Assembly: GCA_963755445.1 (NCBI GenBank) | Contig: CAVWJQ010000010.1 | Location: 118,720 to 182,719, forward strand | Direction of reading: 5' to 3' | Length of the DNA: 64,000 nucleotides | Source of the DNA: an uncultured Acidimicrobiaceae bacterium | GTDB taxonomy: Bacteria > Actinomycetota > Acidimicrobiia > Acidimicrobiales > RAAP-2 | In this document: positions 24,651 to 35,156 of the stretch, in pieces | How the letters are laid out: the number at the start of each line of letters is the position of its first letter | Numbering within the stretch: the first letter of the stretch is position 1 | The notes under the pieces: generated by a model | The model's database searches: none | Seen by the model: the letters and a program-made list of their open reading frames with translations, nothing else | Told to the model about the DNA's origin: nothing | Translations under genes and position numbers: made by a program

Positions 24651-24891
24651 AGAGAACGCAGCGGTCGGTTTTGGCCGTTTCGGTACGGCACGATCTGGCG
24701 CCGAGATTCGCCGACGCGGGCACCCGAGGACATCTCGCCACGGCGCCGTCTCGAGCGTCACGACAGGCCCGACGAACACGACAGCGCCGGGGCCGTGATT
24801 CGGGGGCACACCGATTTCTCAAGGTTGGAGAACGCCCAGCCGACAATCACAACATGGGCCACACTTCACCACCGCACAAAAGGGTCGGCGA

Positions 24892-25697
24892 ATGAACGCG
24901 CCCGCCGGCGTCGCGACACGCGTCCCCACCCACCACCGAGACCTCCGGACGCTCGCTCCCGCCGGCACGAACCCTCTGGCTTCGCCCGGCGGCGCCGAGC
25001 AGGGCGAGCGGACCATCCTGGTGGCCGAGGACGATCACAGCTGCCGGAGCGCGCTGCTGCAGTACTTCGAGCGGAGCGGATACCGGGTCACGGAGGCGGC
25101 TGACGGGCCCTCCACGCTGCGGGCCGTCTTCCAGCACTCAGCCAGTCTTGTCATCCTTGACCTGGGACTTCCCGGCTTCGACGGCACTGACGTGCTGGCC
25201 AAGATCCGCCGTCACAGTGCCGTGCCGGTGATCGTCTGCTCGGGACGGGACTCCGAAGACGACAGGATCCGCACCCTCAACCTCGGTGCCGACGACTTCG
25301 TCGTCAAGCCGTTCTCCTTCGCCGAGCTCGAGGCCAGGGTCCGGGCCGTCCTGCGCCGCGGCAACGGCGAGCCGGCGGCCACCTGCCTCGATCCACGGAG
25401 AACTTGTCGTCGATCGCGACACCCGGACCGTGACGGTGCGCGACAAGTCCGTCCCGATGACTCGCAAGGAATTCGACCTGCTCGCATTCCTGGCCGCATC
25501 ACCCGGGACAGGTGTTCTCACGCGAGGACCTCCTCGAGCGGGTCTGGGGCTCGACCGAGGAATGGCAAGGCCGTTCCACGGTGACCGAGCACGTCCGCCG
25601 GGTCCGTCTCAAGATCGAGCCCGACCCGGATTCGCCTCGCTGGATCACCACCGTTCGTGGCGTCGGCTACAGGTTCACGCTGCCCGACGACGCCTGA
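24892..25697 (+). CDS. OmpR/PhoB-family response regulator, copy 1 (2 frame changes)
   Basis: Receiver domain ([33 protein letters not shown]) plus winged helix ([54 protein letters not shown]). About 45-aa N-terminal extension. Confidence 0.8.
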
Positions 25698-26005
25698 GAA
25701 GGCATCGGACGAGGAGAGGTTCGGCGGCCGCTCATGCAGCCGATCGCGCTTGCACTACGGACACCCAATTTTTGGTCCAAAAGTCCTATGCAGCCGGTTG
25801 CAGGTTCTGCCGACACTGAGGACACAGCTCGGAACCAGGCGGTTATGGCGCGAAGTCTGCGTCGGTCCGAGCGCACGATGAATCGTTCTGCACGGGTGCG
25901 GGAAGGACAAGAGGGGCTATGGGACATGGTGGGAGCGCCGGGAGCGCTTGCTCGACGTCGAGGCAACGGCGGAGCCTCTGCAGGCTGCCCGCGAGGCGGT
26001 GCGGC

Positions 26006-26797
26006 ATGACCTTTCCTCTGGACGTTTCCGAACAGGCGACCCCGTACGGGGAGGGCTTTCGTGCCGTCGGTTCCAACCCGACTACCGTCTTCACGCCGGT
26101 GGGCGACGTGGTGACCGACAAGACGATCCTCGTGGCCGAGGACGACAACAACACCCGCCGCGCCCTGCAGCACTACCTCAAGCGCTCCGGCTACGCGGTG
26201 ACGGAGGCGGCGAGCGTGGACGAGTCCCTCGAGGCTGTCTTCGCCCACCCGTCCGATCTCGTCATCCTCGACTTCGACCTCGGTGGCGGCACCGCCGATG
26301 TGCTGACCTCCATCCGGCGACGCAGCTCGGTTCCGGTCATCGTCTGCTCCGGGCGCTCCTCGGAGCGCGACCGGGTGGCGCTGCTGAACCTCGGCGCCGA
26401 CGACGTGTTGGCAAAGCCGTATTCGTTCGCCGAGCTCGAAGCCCGCATGCGAGCGGTGCTGCGCCGCGGCCTCGCCACTCCCACGACGACGCTGGACCAC
26501 GGCGACCTCGTCATCGACCAGGGCACCCGCAAGGTCATGGTCGGTGGCGTCGAGGTCGTGATGACCCGCAAGGAGTTCGACCTTCTCGCCTTCCTCGCGT
26601 CCGCGCCGGGCCGGGTCTTCTCACGTGAAGACCTGCTCGAGCGGGTCTGGGGATCCAACGGACGGTGGCAGGGACGGTCCACGGTGACCGAGCACATCCG
26701 CCGTGTCCGCCTGAAGATCGAGACCGATCCGGAGAACCCTCGCTGGATCACGACCATCCGGGGCATCGGCTACCGATTCGCATCGCCGGTGGGCTGA
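26006..26797 (+). CDS. OmpR/PhoB-family response regulator, copy 2 (intact)
   Basis: [87 protein letters not shown]. Confidence 0.9.
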   Translation: MTFPLDVSEQATPYGEGFRAVGSNPTTVFTPVGDVVTDKTILVAEDDNNTRRALQHYLKRSGYAVTEAASVDESLEAVFAHPSDLVILDFDLGGGTADVLTSIRRRSSVPVIVCSGRSSERDRVALLNLGADDVLAKPYSFAELEARMRAVLRRGLATPTTTLDHGDLVIDQGTRKVMVGGVEVVMTRKEFDLLAFLASAPGRVFSREDLLERVWGSNGRWQGRSTVTEHIRRVRLKIETDPENPRWITTIRGIGYRFASPVG

Positions 26798-26959
26798 CCG
26801 TCCCAGGTCCCGGAGCGTCGAGAGGGTCTCCCCCACTCCTCCCGCCCTCCGCCAGGCGAATCTGGCAGAACGCGTCCTCACTCGCCGTCGAACGCTCCTG
26901 GTAATTGACCTGGCCATGGGCGAAAATGGCCACGTCGATTTTCGGAGGGGACGCAGCCG

Positions 26960-29633
26960 ATGGCGAGAGATGTCGGCAACGCGCTGGTCGGGCCGGGACC
27001 AGCTGCCCTCGAAAGGTGGCCGTTGGTCGGCCGATCGACCGAAATCTCGCGAACTGCAGAAATCCATAACCACTCGTCACGGGGCCGTCATCACCGGTCC
27101 GGCCGGCGTGGGCAAGACGGCCCTGGCCACGCTGGGACTCGAGTTCGGTCGCGAACGGGGCATGTCGGTCGCACTGGTTTCAGGCACCGAGGTCGCCCGA
27201 CGCTATTCCTTCGGAGCATTTGCTTCACTTCTGCACCGCGACTCGGACCTGGTGGGCCCTGAATCGCACGCCGATCAGCTCCGCCGCTATACGCACGAGC
27301 TCCTCGACGATGCTGGGCCGCGGCCATTGCTCGCTCCTCGTCGACGACGCGCACCTCCTCGACGACGGCTCGGCCTCCCTGGTCCATCAAATCGTGATCG
27401 GTGGCGCGGCCACCGTGCTCGCCTGCGTGCTCTCTTCGCCGCTCGGCACCCAGGCCGGCGCCGACCCCATGGTCGTACTCTGGAAGGACTACGGCGCCGC
27501 CCGGATCGAGCTCGGTCCACTGGACGGACCGGCCATGGAGGATCTCCTCCTCGCCGTACTCGGTGGACCCGTTGACACCGTGTCCCTCCGGCAGCTCGCA
27601 GAGCGGTCGCTCGGCGATCCCCTCTTCCTCCGCGAGCTGGTCACCGGCGCGCTCGAGAGCGGCTCACTCCGTGAGGAGGACGGTATCTGGCGGCTGCGAG
27701 GATCGCTGCTTCCGAGCGCCCGTTTGATTGAGTTGGTCACGACCCGCTTGGGGAACCTGTCCGATACGGAACGGCACGCCCTCGAGCTCACGGCTCTCGG
27801 GGAGCCGTTGGCACAGCCGGCACTCGACCAGCTGGCCGACGCCGGAGCGGTTGCGTCGCTCGAGGACAGAGGTCTGCTGACCAGCCGCATCGACGGCCGA
27901 CGACTCCAGGTGTGTCTCGCGCATCCCATCTATGGCGATGTCGTGCGTTCAAGCATCAGCCCGCGCCGTCAGCGCCTGCTGGCCCGGGAGCTCGCAGAGG
28001 CAGCGGGCGGCCGGCGCCAGGACGACACTCTGTTGCGCGCCCAGCTGCAACTCGTCGGTGGCGACGGAGGCACCGATCTTCTCGTGGATGGCGCCAAGGC
28101 GGCCCGGGAACGCCGCGACTATGAGCTGGTCGAGCGCCTCGCTCGTGCTGCCATCGAAAACGGAGAGGGGTTCGAGGCTCGCCTGTTGGCGGCGGAGGCC
28201 GCCCACATGTCCGGCCGACACGAGCAGGCGGCCCGGGAACTCGGTGCGCTGGCCCTCGACGCGCACGAATTCCGTCGAACGAGTTCGGGTATCCCTCCTC
28301 CGCTTCGATCACGACTTGCTGTTGCGCGGCACAGCCGACGGCGAAGAGCTCGGCGGCCTCCTCGCTGTGGAGCTGGACGGGGCCTGGCGCGACGAACTCT
28401 CGGCCCGGCGGCTCTGCCTCGAGGCACGCACCGCCGGCCCGGCGGCCGTCCTCCGCGCCGTTGATCCTCTCCCGGCGACGGACGGGGTGCAACGCACCAG
28501 CCTGCACACCCTGCTGGGCGGGTGCCTGACCCGCACCGGGCGCATGGACCAGGCGCTGGCCTTCCTCGTTCCGTCCTCGGGTGATCTCGGTCCGGCAGGG
28601 CGCAACCGTTCTCTCCGAGCCGTGGAGCCCGTTTGCCGACAGTGCGCTCGCCCTCATCGGCCTCGGGCGCCTCGAGGAGGCCGAGGAGCTGCTGGCCGCG
28701 GCCCAGGAAGAGCAGAGCGCCCATGAGGGCTCGCAGGAAAGCGCGATCGTTGCGGCGTGCCTGGCTGCGCTCCGCCTGGAACAGGGGCGGGTGCAATCCG
28801 CCTTCTTACAGGCAACGAGCGCCGCATCTGTCTTCCTCGATCTCTCGCTGCCCGTCTCCGCCCGTTGGTGCGAGACGATGTCCGCCTCCGCCTTGGCGCT
28901 CGCCGGGGTCGCGCCCAAAGCCTCCCAGACGCTCGCTGCGCTCGACGCTCTCGACCTGCCGACCGACATGCGCTACGAGGTCGACGTGCTGCAGGCCCGA
29001 GCCTGGGCCTGGGCCGCCGGGGGCGACATGGGCGCGGCGCGCAAGACGCTCGAAGGTGCCGTCGCATTGGGGAAGCAGGCGGGGGATCTGCTCGGCGCCA
29101 CGAAAGCACTGCACGGGCTCGCCCGTATGGGCCGGGCCCGCCAGGTCGTCGAGGACTTGGCGGGGCTGGCGCCGACTGTGGACGGCCAGCTGACGGCGGC
29201 CCGCTTCGCCTACGTCATCGCAGCCGCCGAGAAGGACAGTCCGGCGCTCAGGGCCGCCGCGGCCCAATTCGAGGACCTGGGAGCAATCCTCTACGCGGCC
29301 GAAGCGCTCGGCGAATCGGCCGTCCACCTTCGGCGCGACGGGGCCAGCCGGGACGCCGCGGCGGCGCAGCAGACGGCCGGCCGGCTTCTCGCACGCTGTG
29401 AGGGCGCCGTCACACCCTTCGTGCGCGCCATCGGGGCCCGGGCCCAGCTCACTCCCGCCGAGCTCGACACGGCGTTGCAGGCGGCCACCGGCAGCACGGA
29501 CAAGCAGATCGCCGAAATGATGCATCTTTCGGTCCGCACGGTCGAGAACCGGCTCCATCGCGCCTACCAGAAGCTCGGGATCTCCCACCGACGCGAGCTG
29601 GCCGAGGCGCTGCGGGACCTGCCGGGAGCGTGA
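26960..29633 (+). CDS. Large ATP-binding LuxR-family (LAL/MalT-like) transcriptional regulator (at least 4 frame changes)
   Basis: PLVGR, then Walker A ITGPAGVGKTALA and Walker B LLVDDAHLLDD. A long helical/TPR-like middle is followed by a C-terminal LuxR HTH (LTPAELDTALQAATGSTDKQIAEMMHLSVRTVENRLHRAYQKLGI). Confidence 0.8.
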
Positions 29634-29644
29634 GGCGCCCTGGA

Positions 29645-30239
29645 TCAGTGGGCCGCGTTCCAGGCCGCCCACCCGGCCAGGGCGACCAGCACGACTGCGG
29701 TCACGATCCTGATCGTCCTGATATTGATCAGCCGGAGCAGGCTCTGACCGCTGACCACGGCCAGCCCCGCCACCGCCCAGAGGGCCAGGGTGGCGCCCAC
29801 GGCCACGGAGAACGGGTCGTGGTAGTGGGCGGCCAGGTTGGCGGTGAGGATCTGCGTGAGGTCACCCCATTCGGCCAGGAAGATCACGAGGAACGCGGTG
29901 ACCGCGACCCGGCGGTGCGACTGCCACCTCGCGTTCCACGATCTCTTCGTCTTGGTGCTCCTTGCTCTCCTTGACCGCCTCGCGGATGGCCAGCGCGGCG
30001 CCGACGAGGAACATGCCGGCCACCACGGCGTCGAGCACCTGGTGGGGCAGCAGGTGGAACAGGGCGACGCCGATGGTGACCGCGATGACGACATGCAACA
30101 GGAAGGCGGCGGCGGCGCCGAGCCAGACCAGAGCCGGACGGCCACGCGTCGACAGGACCAAGGACGCGAACATGGTCTTGTCCGGCAGCTCGCCGATGAA
30201 GATGATGGGGAAGACGGCGAAGACGACGGCGAAATCCAC
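29645..30239 (-). CDS. GDT1/TMEM165 (UPF0016) family cation (Ca2+/Mn2+):H+ transporter (1 frame change near 29930)
   Basis: Two copies of the E-x-G-D-(K/R)-(T/S)-type motif, GELPDKT and AEWGDLTQ, each within a three-TM half. Confidence 0.8.
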
Positions 30240-30308
30240 GAGGACCTTTCTGTCGGCACCGAACGTAGCGTGGCGGGAGCGGCGCCCAGTGGCGGGCCAC
30301 CGGTCCGG

Positions 30309-31128
30309 TTAGCGGGACTGATCGAGGAGGGACTGGCCTGTCATGGTGAAGACCGTCTCGTCGTCACATTGGCGCCAGAGATCGAGCAATTCCAGCGAAA
30401 CGGGGTCACAGCCGTAGCGCATCGGCCCCGCTGTGTCGAGGATGGCGTCGACGATGGTCGACAGCCGCCTGCGCCGCGATCGACGACACGGGGGTCGGCG
30501 TGCTCACGCCGCAGCGATGCGGCCACATCGGCCAGAGGGCGGTAGTCGTCGAAGCGGGCCGCGCCCTGCTCCCCCGTGCTCAGGCGGAACATGTCGGTGT
30601 CGATGGGCCCCGGGAGGATCTCGACCACACGGATCCCGAACGGCGCGACCTCGACCCGCAGGCTGTCACCGAACGCGGACGCGGCCGCCTTCGACGCTCT
30701 GTAGGCGGAGAAGAAGGGGACCGAGGCGATGATGGACGAGGAGGTGACGGTGCAGACCACCGAGGGCTGATTGGCCCGGAGCGTCGGGATGGCGGCCGAC
30801 GTCAGCGCCACCACGCCGAAGACGTTCGTCTCGAACATCCGGCGCCAGTCCTCGACGTTGGCGTGCTCGACCGGCAGGTAGTCGGTGTCGATACCGGCGT
30901 TGTTGACGAGCACCCGCAGATCCGATGGGAGGTCGAAGGTCGCCGGGTCCGTGACGTCGAGTCGACGGACCTGCAGGCTCCCCTCGGTCTCCTCCGCCAT
31001 GGTGGCCCCCGCCGCGGATCCCGCATGGTGGCCACCGTGTCGAAGCCCCGGTGGGCCAGCTCGAGGGCGACGGCCCGGCCGATGCCGCGGCTGGCCCCGG
31101 TGACCAAGGCACTTCCGTGAATGTCCAT
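30309..31128 (-). CDS. SDR-family oxidoreductase (2 frame changes)
   Basis: ALVTGASRGIGRAVA (TGxxxGIG), NNAG, catalytic S..YRASKAA, ILPGPIDT. Confidence 0.8.
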
Positions 31129-31318
31129 TCGCTGATTCTTCCTCATCGGCGGGACCCCGCCGATGAACGTGCTCGCCGTGGGCATCCACATGCGACCCGC
31201 CGAGGACGTCGGCGAAGAACCCTCGTTCGGCGTCTGGCATGTTGCGCGTCGGACGAGCGTGTGGACACCGGTGATCGTTCCTGCACCCGACGAACGCGTG
31301 CTCCCCGACGCCGCGGGC

Positions 31319-32666
31319 TCAGGGGCCGAGCTCCTCGCCCTCCAGTGCCGTGTCCACGTGGCCGAGCTGGTGGCGCAGGCAGCTCTCGAGCGACGGATGA
31401 CGGAAGACGTGCGCCAGCCGCGCCCAGCCGGGCCGGAACGACGCGTTGGCTGGCCTGGACGATTTCGCGCGCGCCCTCGGCGCCGAGGAGCAATCGGGGG
31501 CCGAAGGCGGGGACCGGGACGAGCGCGGGCCGCCGCATCACGCGGGCCAGGGTGCGCGCGTAGTCACGGTTGGTGACGGGCAGCGGGGCCACCGCGTTGA
31601 CCGGCCCGTCCAGACGCGTCGTCCGCCAGGGCGAGCCCGAAGACGTCGAGCAGGTCGTCGATATCGATCCACGAGACCCACTGCGATCCGGGCGCCAGCG
31701 GACCGCCGAGGCCGGCCGCGAACAGAGGGCGGAGGAGCTTCAGGCTGGCCCCGCGCGCCGACTGCACGATGCCCGTCCGCACGTGCACGACCCGCACACC
31801 GGCAGCGCGGGCCGGATCGGCGGCCGCTTCCCAGTCCTCGACGAGGTCCGCCAGGAAACCCGACCCCCGGCCGCTCTCCTCGGTCAGCTCCTCGTCCCCG
31901 CGATCGGCCCCGTAGAAGCCGATCGCGGACGCGCACACGAGCAGGCGCGGCCCGTCGGCCAGGTCGGCCATGACGCGGGCCAGCGCAGCCGTGGGGCCGA
32001 CGCGGCTGTCGCGCACGCGTCGTTTGTGCGCAGCGGTGAAACGGCCGGCGATGGACGCACCGGCGAGATGCACGACCGCATCGACACCCTCGAGCGCGCC
32101 GGGTTCGGGTCGCTCCGGCTCCCAGGCTCGCTCCGACGGGTCACTGGGCGGACGCCGCACCAGGCGAACGACGCTGTGCCCGCCGGTGGAGAGGTAGGCG
32201 CAGAGGGCGGAGCCGATCAGGCCCGAGGAGCCCGTGACGGCCACCGTCAGGCGGCGTCCGTCCGTTCTCTGCGTGCGCGGCCAGGTCGTCGGCGAGTTGC
32301 TGGTGCCGGTAGCGGAAGGTCTGCAGGAGGAACGAGCCCGGGACGGGCGTGTCGACGCGGTCGATGACCCGGGTTGCGCTGGTCACCGATCGCCTCGAAG
32401 GAGTGCGTGTGCCGCCAATGCAGCGGCAACGAGACGAGCTCGTCCACGAACCGGCGCGGCGGGTCGTCATCGGAGTGCTGCGCGACCCAGCGCACCCGTC
32501 CGGGCAGCTGCAGGACCGCTTGGCCGTCGACCAGGGACGACGCCTCCTGCGCGACCTTGAGAGGTTGCCAGGGCGGGAGGAGGCGCGGCAACGCACCCGG
32601 GCGCTCGTGCCAGGCGAAGACCTCGTCCAGCGGAGCGTTGACGACGCTCGAGTACCGCAGACCCAT
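31319..32666 (-). CDS. SRPBCC domain fused to a YfcH/TIGR01777-like NAD-dependent epimerase (Rv2216-like; at least 3 frame changes)
   Basis: N-terminus MGLRYSSVVNAPLDEVFAWHERPGALPRLLPPW (SRPBCC). Then VTGSSGLIGSAL Rossmann motif, VVHLAGASIAGRF, SAIGFYG, and a DUF1731-like tail LLLGAEGAREIVQASQRVVPARL. Confidence 0.75.
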
Positions 32667-32730
32667 GTGCTGCTCCCGTCCGGGCACGCCACCATCGGCG
32701 GCGACGCTGCCATGCCGTGTGTTGCACACT

Positions 32731-33580
32731 ATGGGCGAGCCGAGCAAAGGGATTCGCACCGTGGACACACTGCAGATCGACCAGCCGCACGAGGGTGTCA
32801 CCCGGATCACCCTGGACCGACCAGAACGGTTGAACGCGATGAACGCGGCCTTGATCGCCGAGCTCCACGAGGCGCTCGCCGGCGTCGCCGCGGACCGCGC
32901 CTGCCGGGTCGTCGTCCTGACGGGTGCCGGGCGGGGCTTCTGCGCCGGGCTGGACCTCGGCGGCTACGGCGCCGCTCCCGGCATCGGAGGGCCTCGACCG
33001 CGTCGGGGCCACCTTCGCCACCCAGACCGACATCGCCGCGCTCGTTCCCCGTCTGCGCGCGCTGCCGCAGCCCGTGATCGCCGCCGTGAACGGCCCGGCG
33101 GCGGGTGGCGGCCTCGCCTTGGCCCTGGCCAGCGACATCCGCCTCGCCTCCGCATCGGCACGCTTCAACGTGGCCTTCGTGCGCCTCGGACTCTCCGGTT
33201 GCGACATCGGCGTGAGCTGGTTGCTGCCCCGGTTGATCGGCGCCTCGCGGGCCTGGGAGCTGATGCTGACGGGACGCATCATTGACGCCGAGGAGGCCGA
33301 TCGCATCGGACTGGTGCTGCGCGTGGTGGCCGACGACGAGTTGCAGAGCGCAGCGCTGGAGACCGCAGGCCTGATCGCGGCGAACGCCCCGTGGGGAGTC
33401 CGGATGACCAAGGAGGTCATGTGGTCCCAGCTCGAGGTCGGCTCTCTCCAGGCGGGCATCGACCTCGAGAACCGGACCCAGGTCCTCTCGTCCATGACCA
33501 ACGACATGCAAGAGGCGGTGGCGGCCTTCCTGCAGAAGCGACCCCCCCACTACGGGAGTTCCGGGGAGCCGCCGTCCTGA
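32731..33580 (+). CDS. Enoyl-CoA hydratase/isomerase (crotonase) family protein (1 frame change near 32985)
   Basis: ITLDRPERLNAMN, VVVLTGAGRGFCAGLDL, PVIAAVNGPAAGGGLALALASD, EAVAAFLQKRPP. Confidence 0.85.
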
Positions 33581-33642
33581 CCCCGCAGGCGACCTGCCGC
33601 CGGCCCAGCGGTCGGCGTGGCTACGTTGTCACCCGATGCGGC

Positions 33643-35151
33643 GTGCCTCCGATCCGACACGCCGCCGACCACGACCGTCTCCGGTGGTGGGCGGGCGCGA
33701 GCCTGGCCCTGACTCTCCTGCTCGCCGGCTGCGCCGCCGTCGGGACGTCGGACGGGCAATCCGGGCAGTCGGATCTCGCAGCGCCGGCCCGGTCGGTGAA
33801 CCCGATCCCGGACTATCTCGACAACTGCGCTCCCGTCGGGGTCGACACGTCGGGCCCGTGCCTGCGCATCACCCTCGACGCAATCGACGGGGCCAGGGCC
33901 CGCGAAGGCCTCCGGCCCCATGGCGCTGCCCGCCGACTTCGGTCGCCTGACCGTTCCCGAGCAACTCTTCGTCGCCATCGACCGGGAGCGGGTCGACCGC
34001 GGGCTGGCCCCGTTCACCGGCCTCACGGCCGCCCTCAATGCCGAGGCCCAGCAGGGGGCCGAAGCAGCACGGCTCCCGCACGCGACCGGGCCAGGGCTAC
34101 GGCTCGGTGGCGACGGAGTGGATCGGCGACGTCGACAACGGGCTCGATGCCGACTTCGAATGGCTGTACCACGACGGCCCCGACAGCGGCGTGCCCGGGT
34201 GCTCCGGGAACAAGACCGCGGGCTGCTGGTTCGACCGGCATCTCGTCCTCGGTCGCCTCGGATCACGGGACCTCGTCATGGGAGCCGCCTACGACCCGAC
34301 CGGCGACACGTCGAGCGAGGACCGCGGCGGATCCTCCCTGGCCGCCACGCTGGCCACCTCCAGCCACGCCGGGCGACTACGCCTACACCTGGCAGCAGGC
34401 CCTGGCGTCCATGGCCGCCGGGCAGCTGCGGCCGCTGCGGGCGATCCCCTCCTCGGAGGCCGACACCGGGATCAGCGATCCCAAGCACAACGTGGCGCCG
34501 GTGCCCGACTACACCCAGGACTGCTTCGCCGGCGGGATCGACAACTCCCCGTCCTGTCTCGACGCGGTCCTGCAGGCCATCAACCACGCCCATGCACTGG
34601 AAGGAATCCGCCCCATGGTGCTGCCGGCGGACTTCGCCCAGTTGAGCATCCCCGATCAGCTGTTCGTCGCGGTCAACCTGGAAAGGGTCGACCGTGGGCT
34701 CCCCGCCTTCGGCGGCCTCACGACCGGGCTCGACCACAACGCGCAGCGCGGCGCGAACACGGCCGACGACCCACCCGACCTGGGACAGTCCTACGACCTC
34801 GAAGACGGCGAGTGGGCCGGCGGGTCGTCGAACGGGCTCGACGCCGTCTACGGCTGGATGTACGACGACGGCTTCGACAGCGGCAACCTCGACTGCCTGC
34901 ACCGCGGCGCCGCCGGCTGCTGGGGGCACCGCAAGGGCATCCTCGACGACTTCGGCTCCGGGCCCAACCTGGTCATGGGCGCCGCCATCGCCATGCACGG
35001 CGACACCCACCGCGGCGACAAGGGCGGCACCTCCATGGCGGTGACGCTCGCCGTCGCCGCCGCGCCCGTCACGGCGTTCACCTACAGCTGGGCGGAGGTC
35101 GCGCCCACGCTGCCGCCTGCAGGCGGCCTGAACGACGCAACCGTAAGGTGA
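33643..35151 (+). CDS. Lipoprotein with two tandem ~215-aa Cys-rich repeats (distantly CAP/SCP-like; at least 4 frame changes)
   Basis: Lipobox LTLLLAGC. Repeat 1: NPIPDYLDNCAPVGVDTSGPCL..LPADFGRLTVPEQLFVAIDRERVDRGLAPFTGL..GCSGNKTAGCW. Repeat 2: APVPDYTQDCFAGGIDNSPSCL..LPADFAQLSIPDQLFVAVNLERVDRGLPAFGGL..DCLHRGAAGCWGHRKGIL. Confidence 0.6.
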   Translation: MPPIRHAADHDRLRWWAGASLALTLLLAGCAAVGTSDGQSGQSDLAAPARSVNPIPDYLDNCAPVGVDTSGPCLRITLDAIDGARAREGLRPHGAARRLRSPDRSRATLRRHRPGAGRPRAGPVHRPHGRPQCRGPAGGRSSTAPARDRARATARWRRSGSATSTTGSMPTSNGCTTTAPTAACPGAPGTRPRAAGSTGISSSVASDHGTSSWEPPTTRPATRRARTAADPPWPPRWPPPATPGDYAYTWQQALASMAAGQLRPLRAIPSSEADTGISDPKHNVAPVPDYTQDCFAGGIDNSPSCLDAVLQAINHAHALEGIRPMVLPADFAQLSIPDQLFVAVNLERVDRGLPAFGGLTTGLDHNAQRGANTADDPPDLGQSYDLEDGEWAGGSSNGLDAVYGWMYDDGFDSGNLDCLHRGAAGCWGHRKGILDDFGSGPNLVMGAAIAMHGDTHRGDKGGTSMAVTLAVAAAPVTAFTYSWAEVAPTLPPAGGLNDATVR

Positions 35152-35156
35152 GCGCG

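Noticed and set aside
24505-24711. CRISPR array or REP/MITE element in the repeat-rich intergenic region
   Set aside because: The repeats are only 6-21 nt, irregular in spacing beyond the 11-bp phasing, and few in number. There are no flanking cas or transposase genes and no terminal inverted repeats with target duplications.
24471-24891. A c-di-GMP or other known riboswitch in the long leader before RR1, and likewise in 51926..52258
   Set aside because: I could not recognise any conserved riboswitch core by eye. A covariance-model scan (Rfam/Infernal) would be needed, so no claim is made.
26960-29633. The LAL regulator marking a secondary-metabolite gene cluster or a STAND-type defence system
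   Set aside because: There are no PKS/NRPS, terpene, RiPP or effector (nuclease, TIR, protease) genes within 10 kb on either side. The C-terminus is a standard LuxR HTH, so it is an ordinary large transcriptional regulator with unknown targets.
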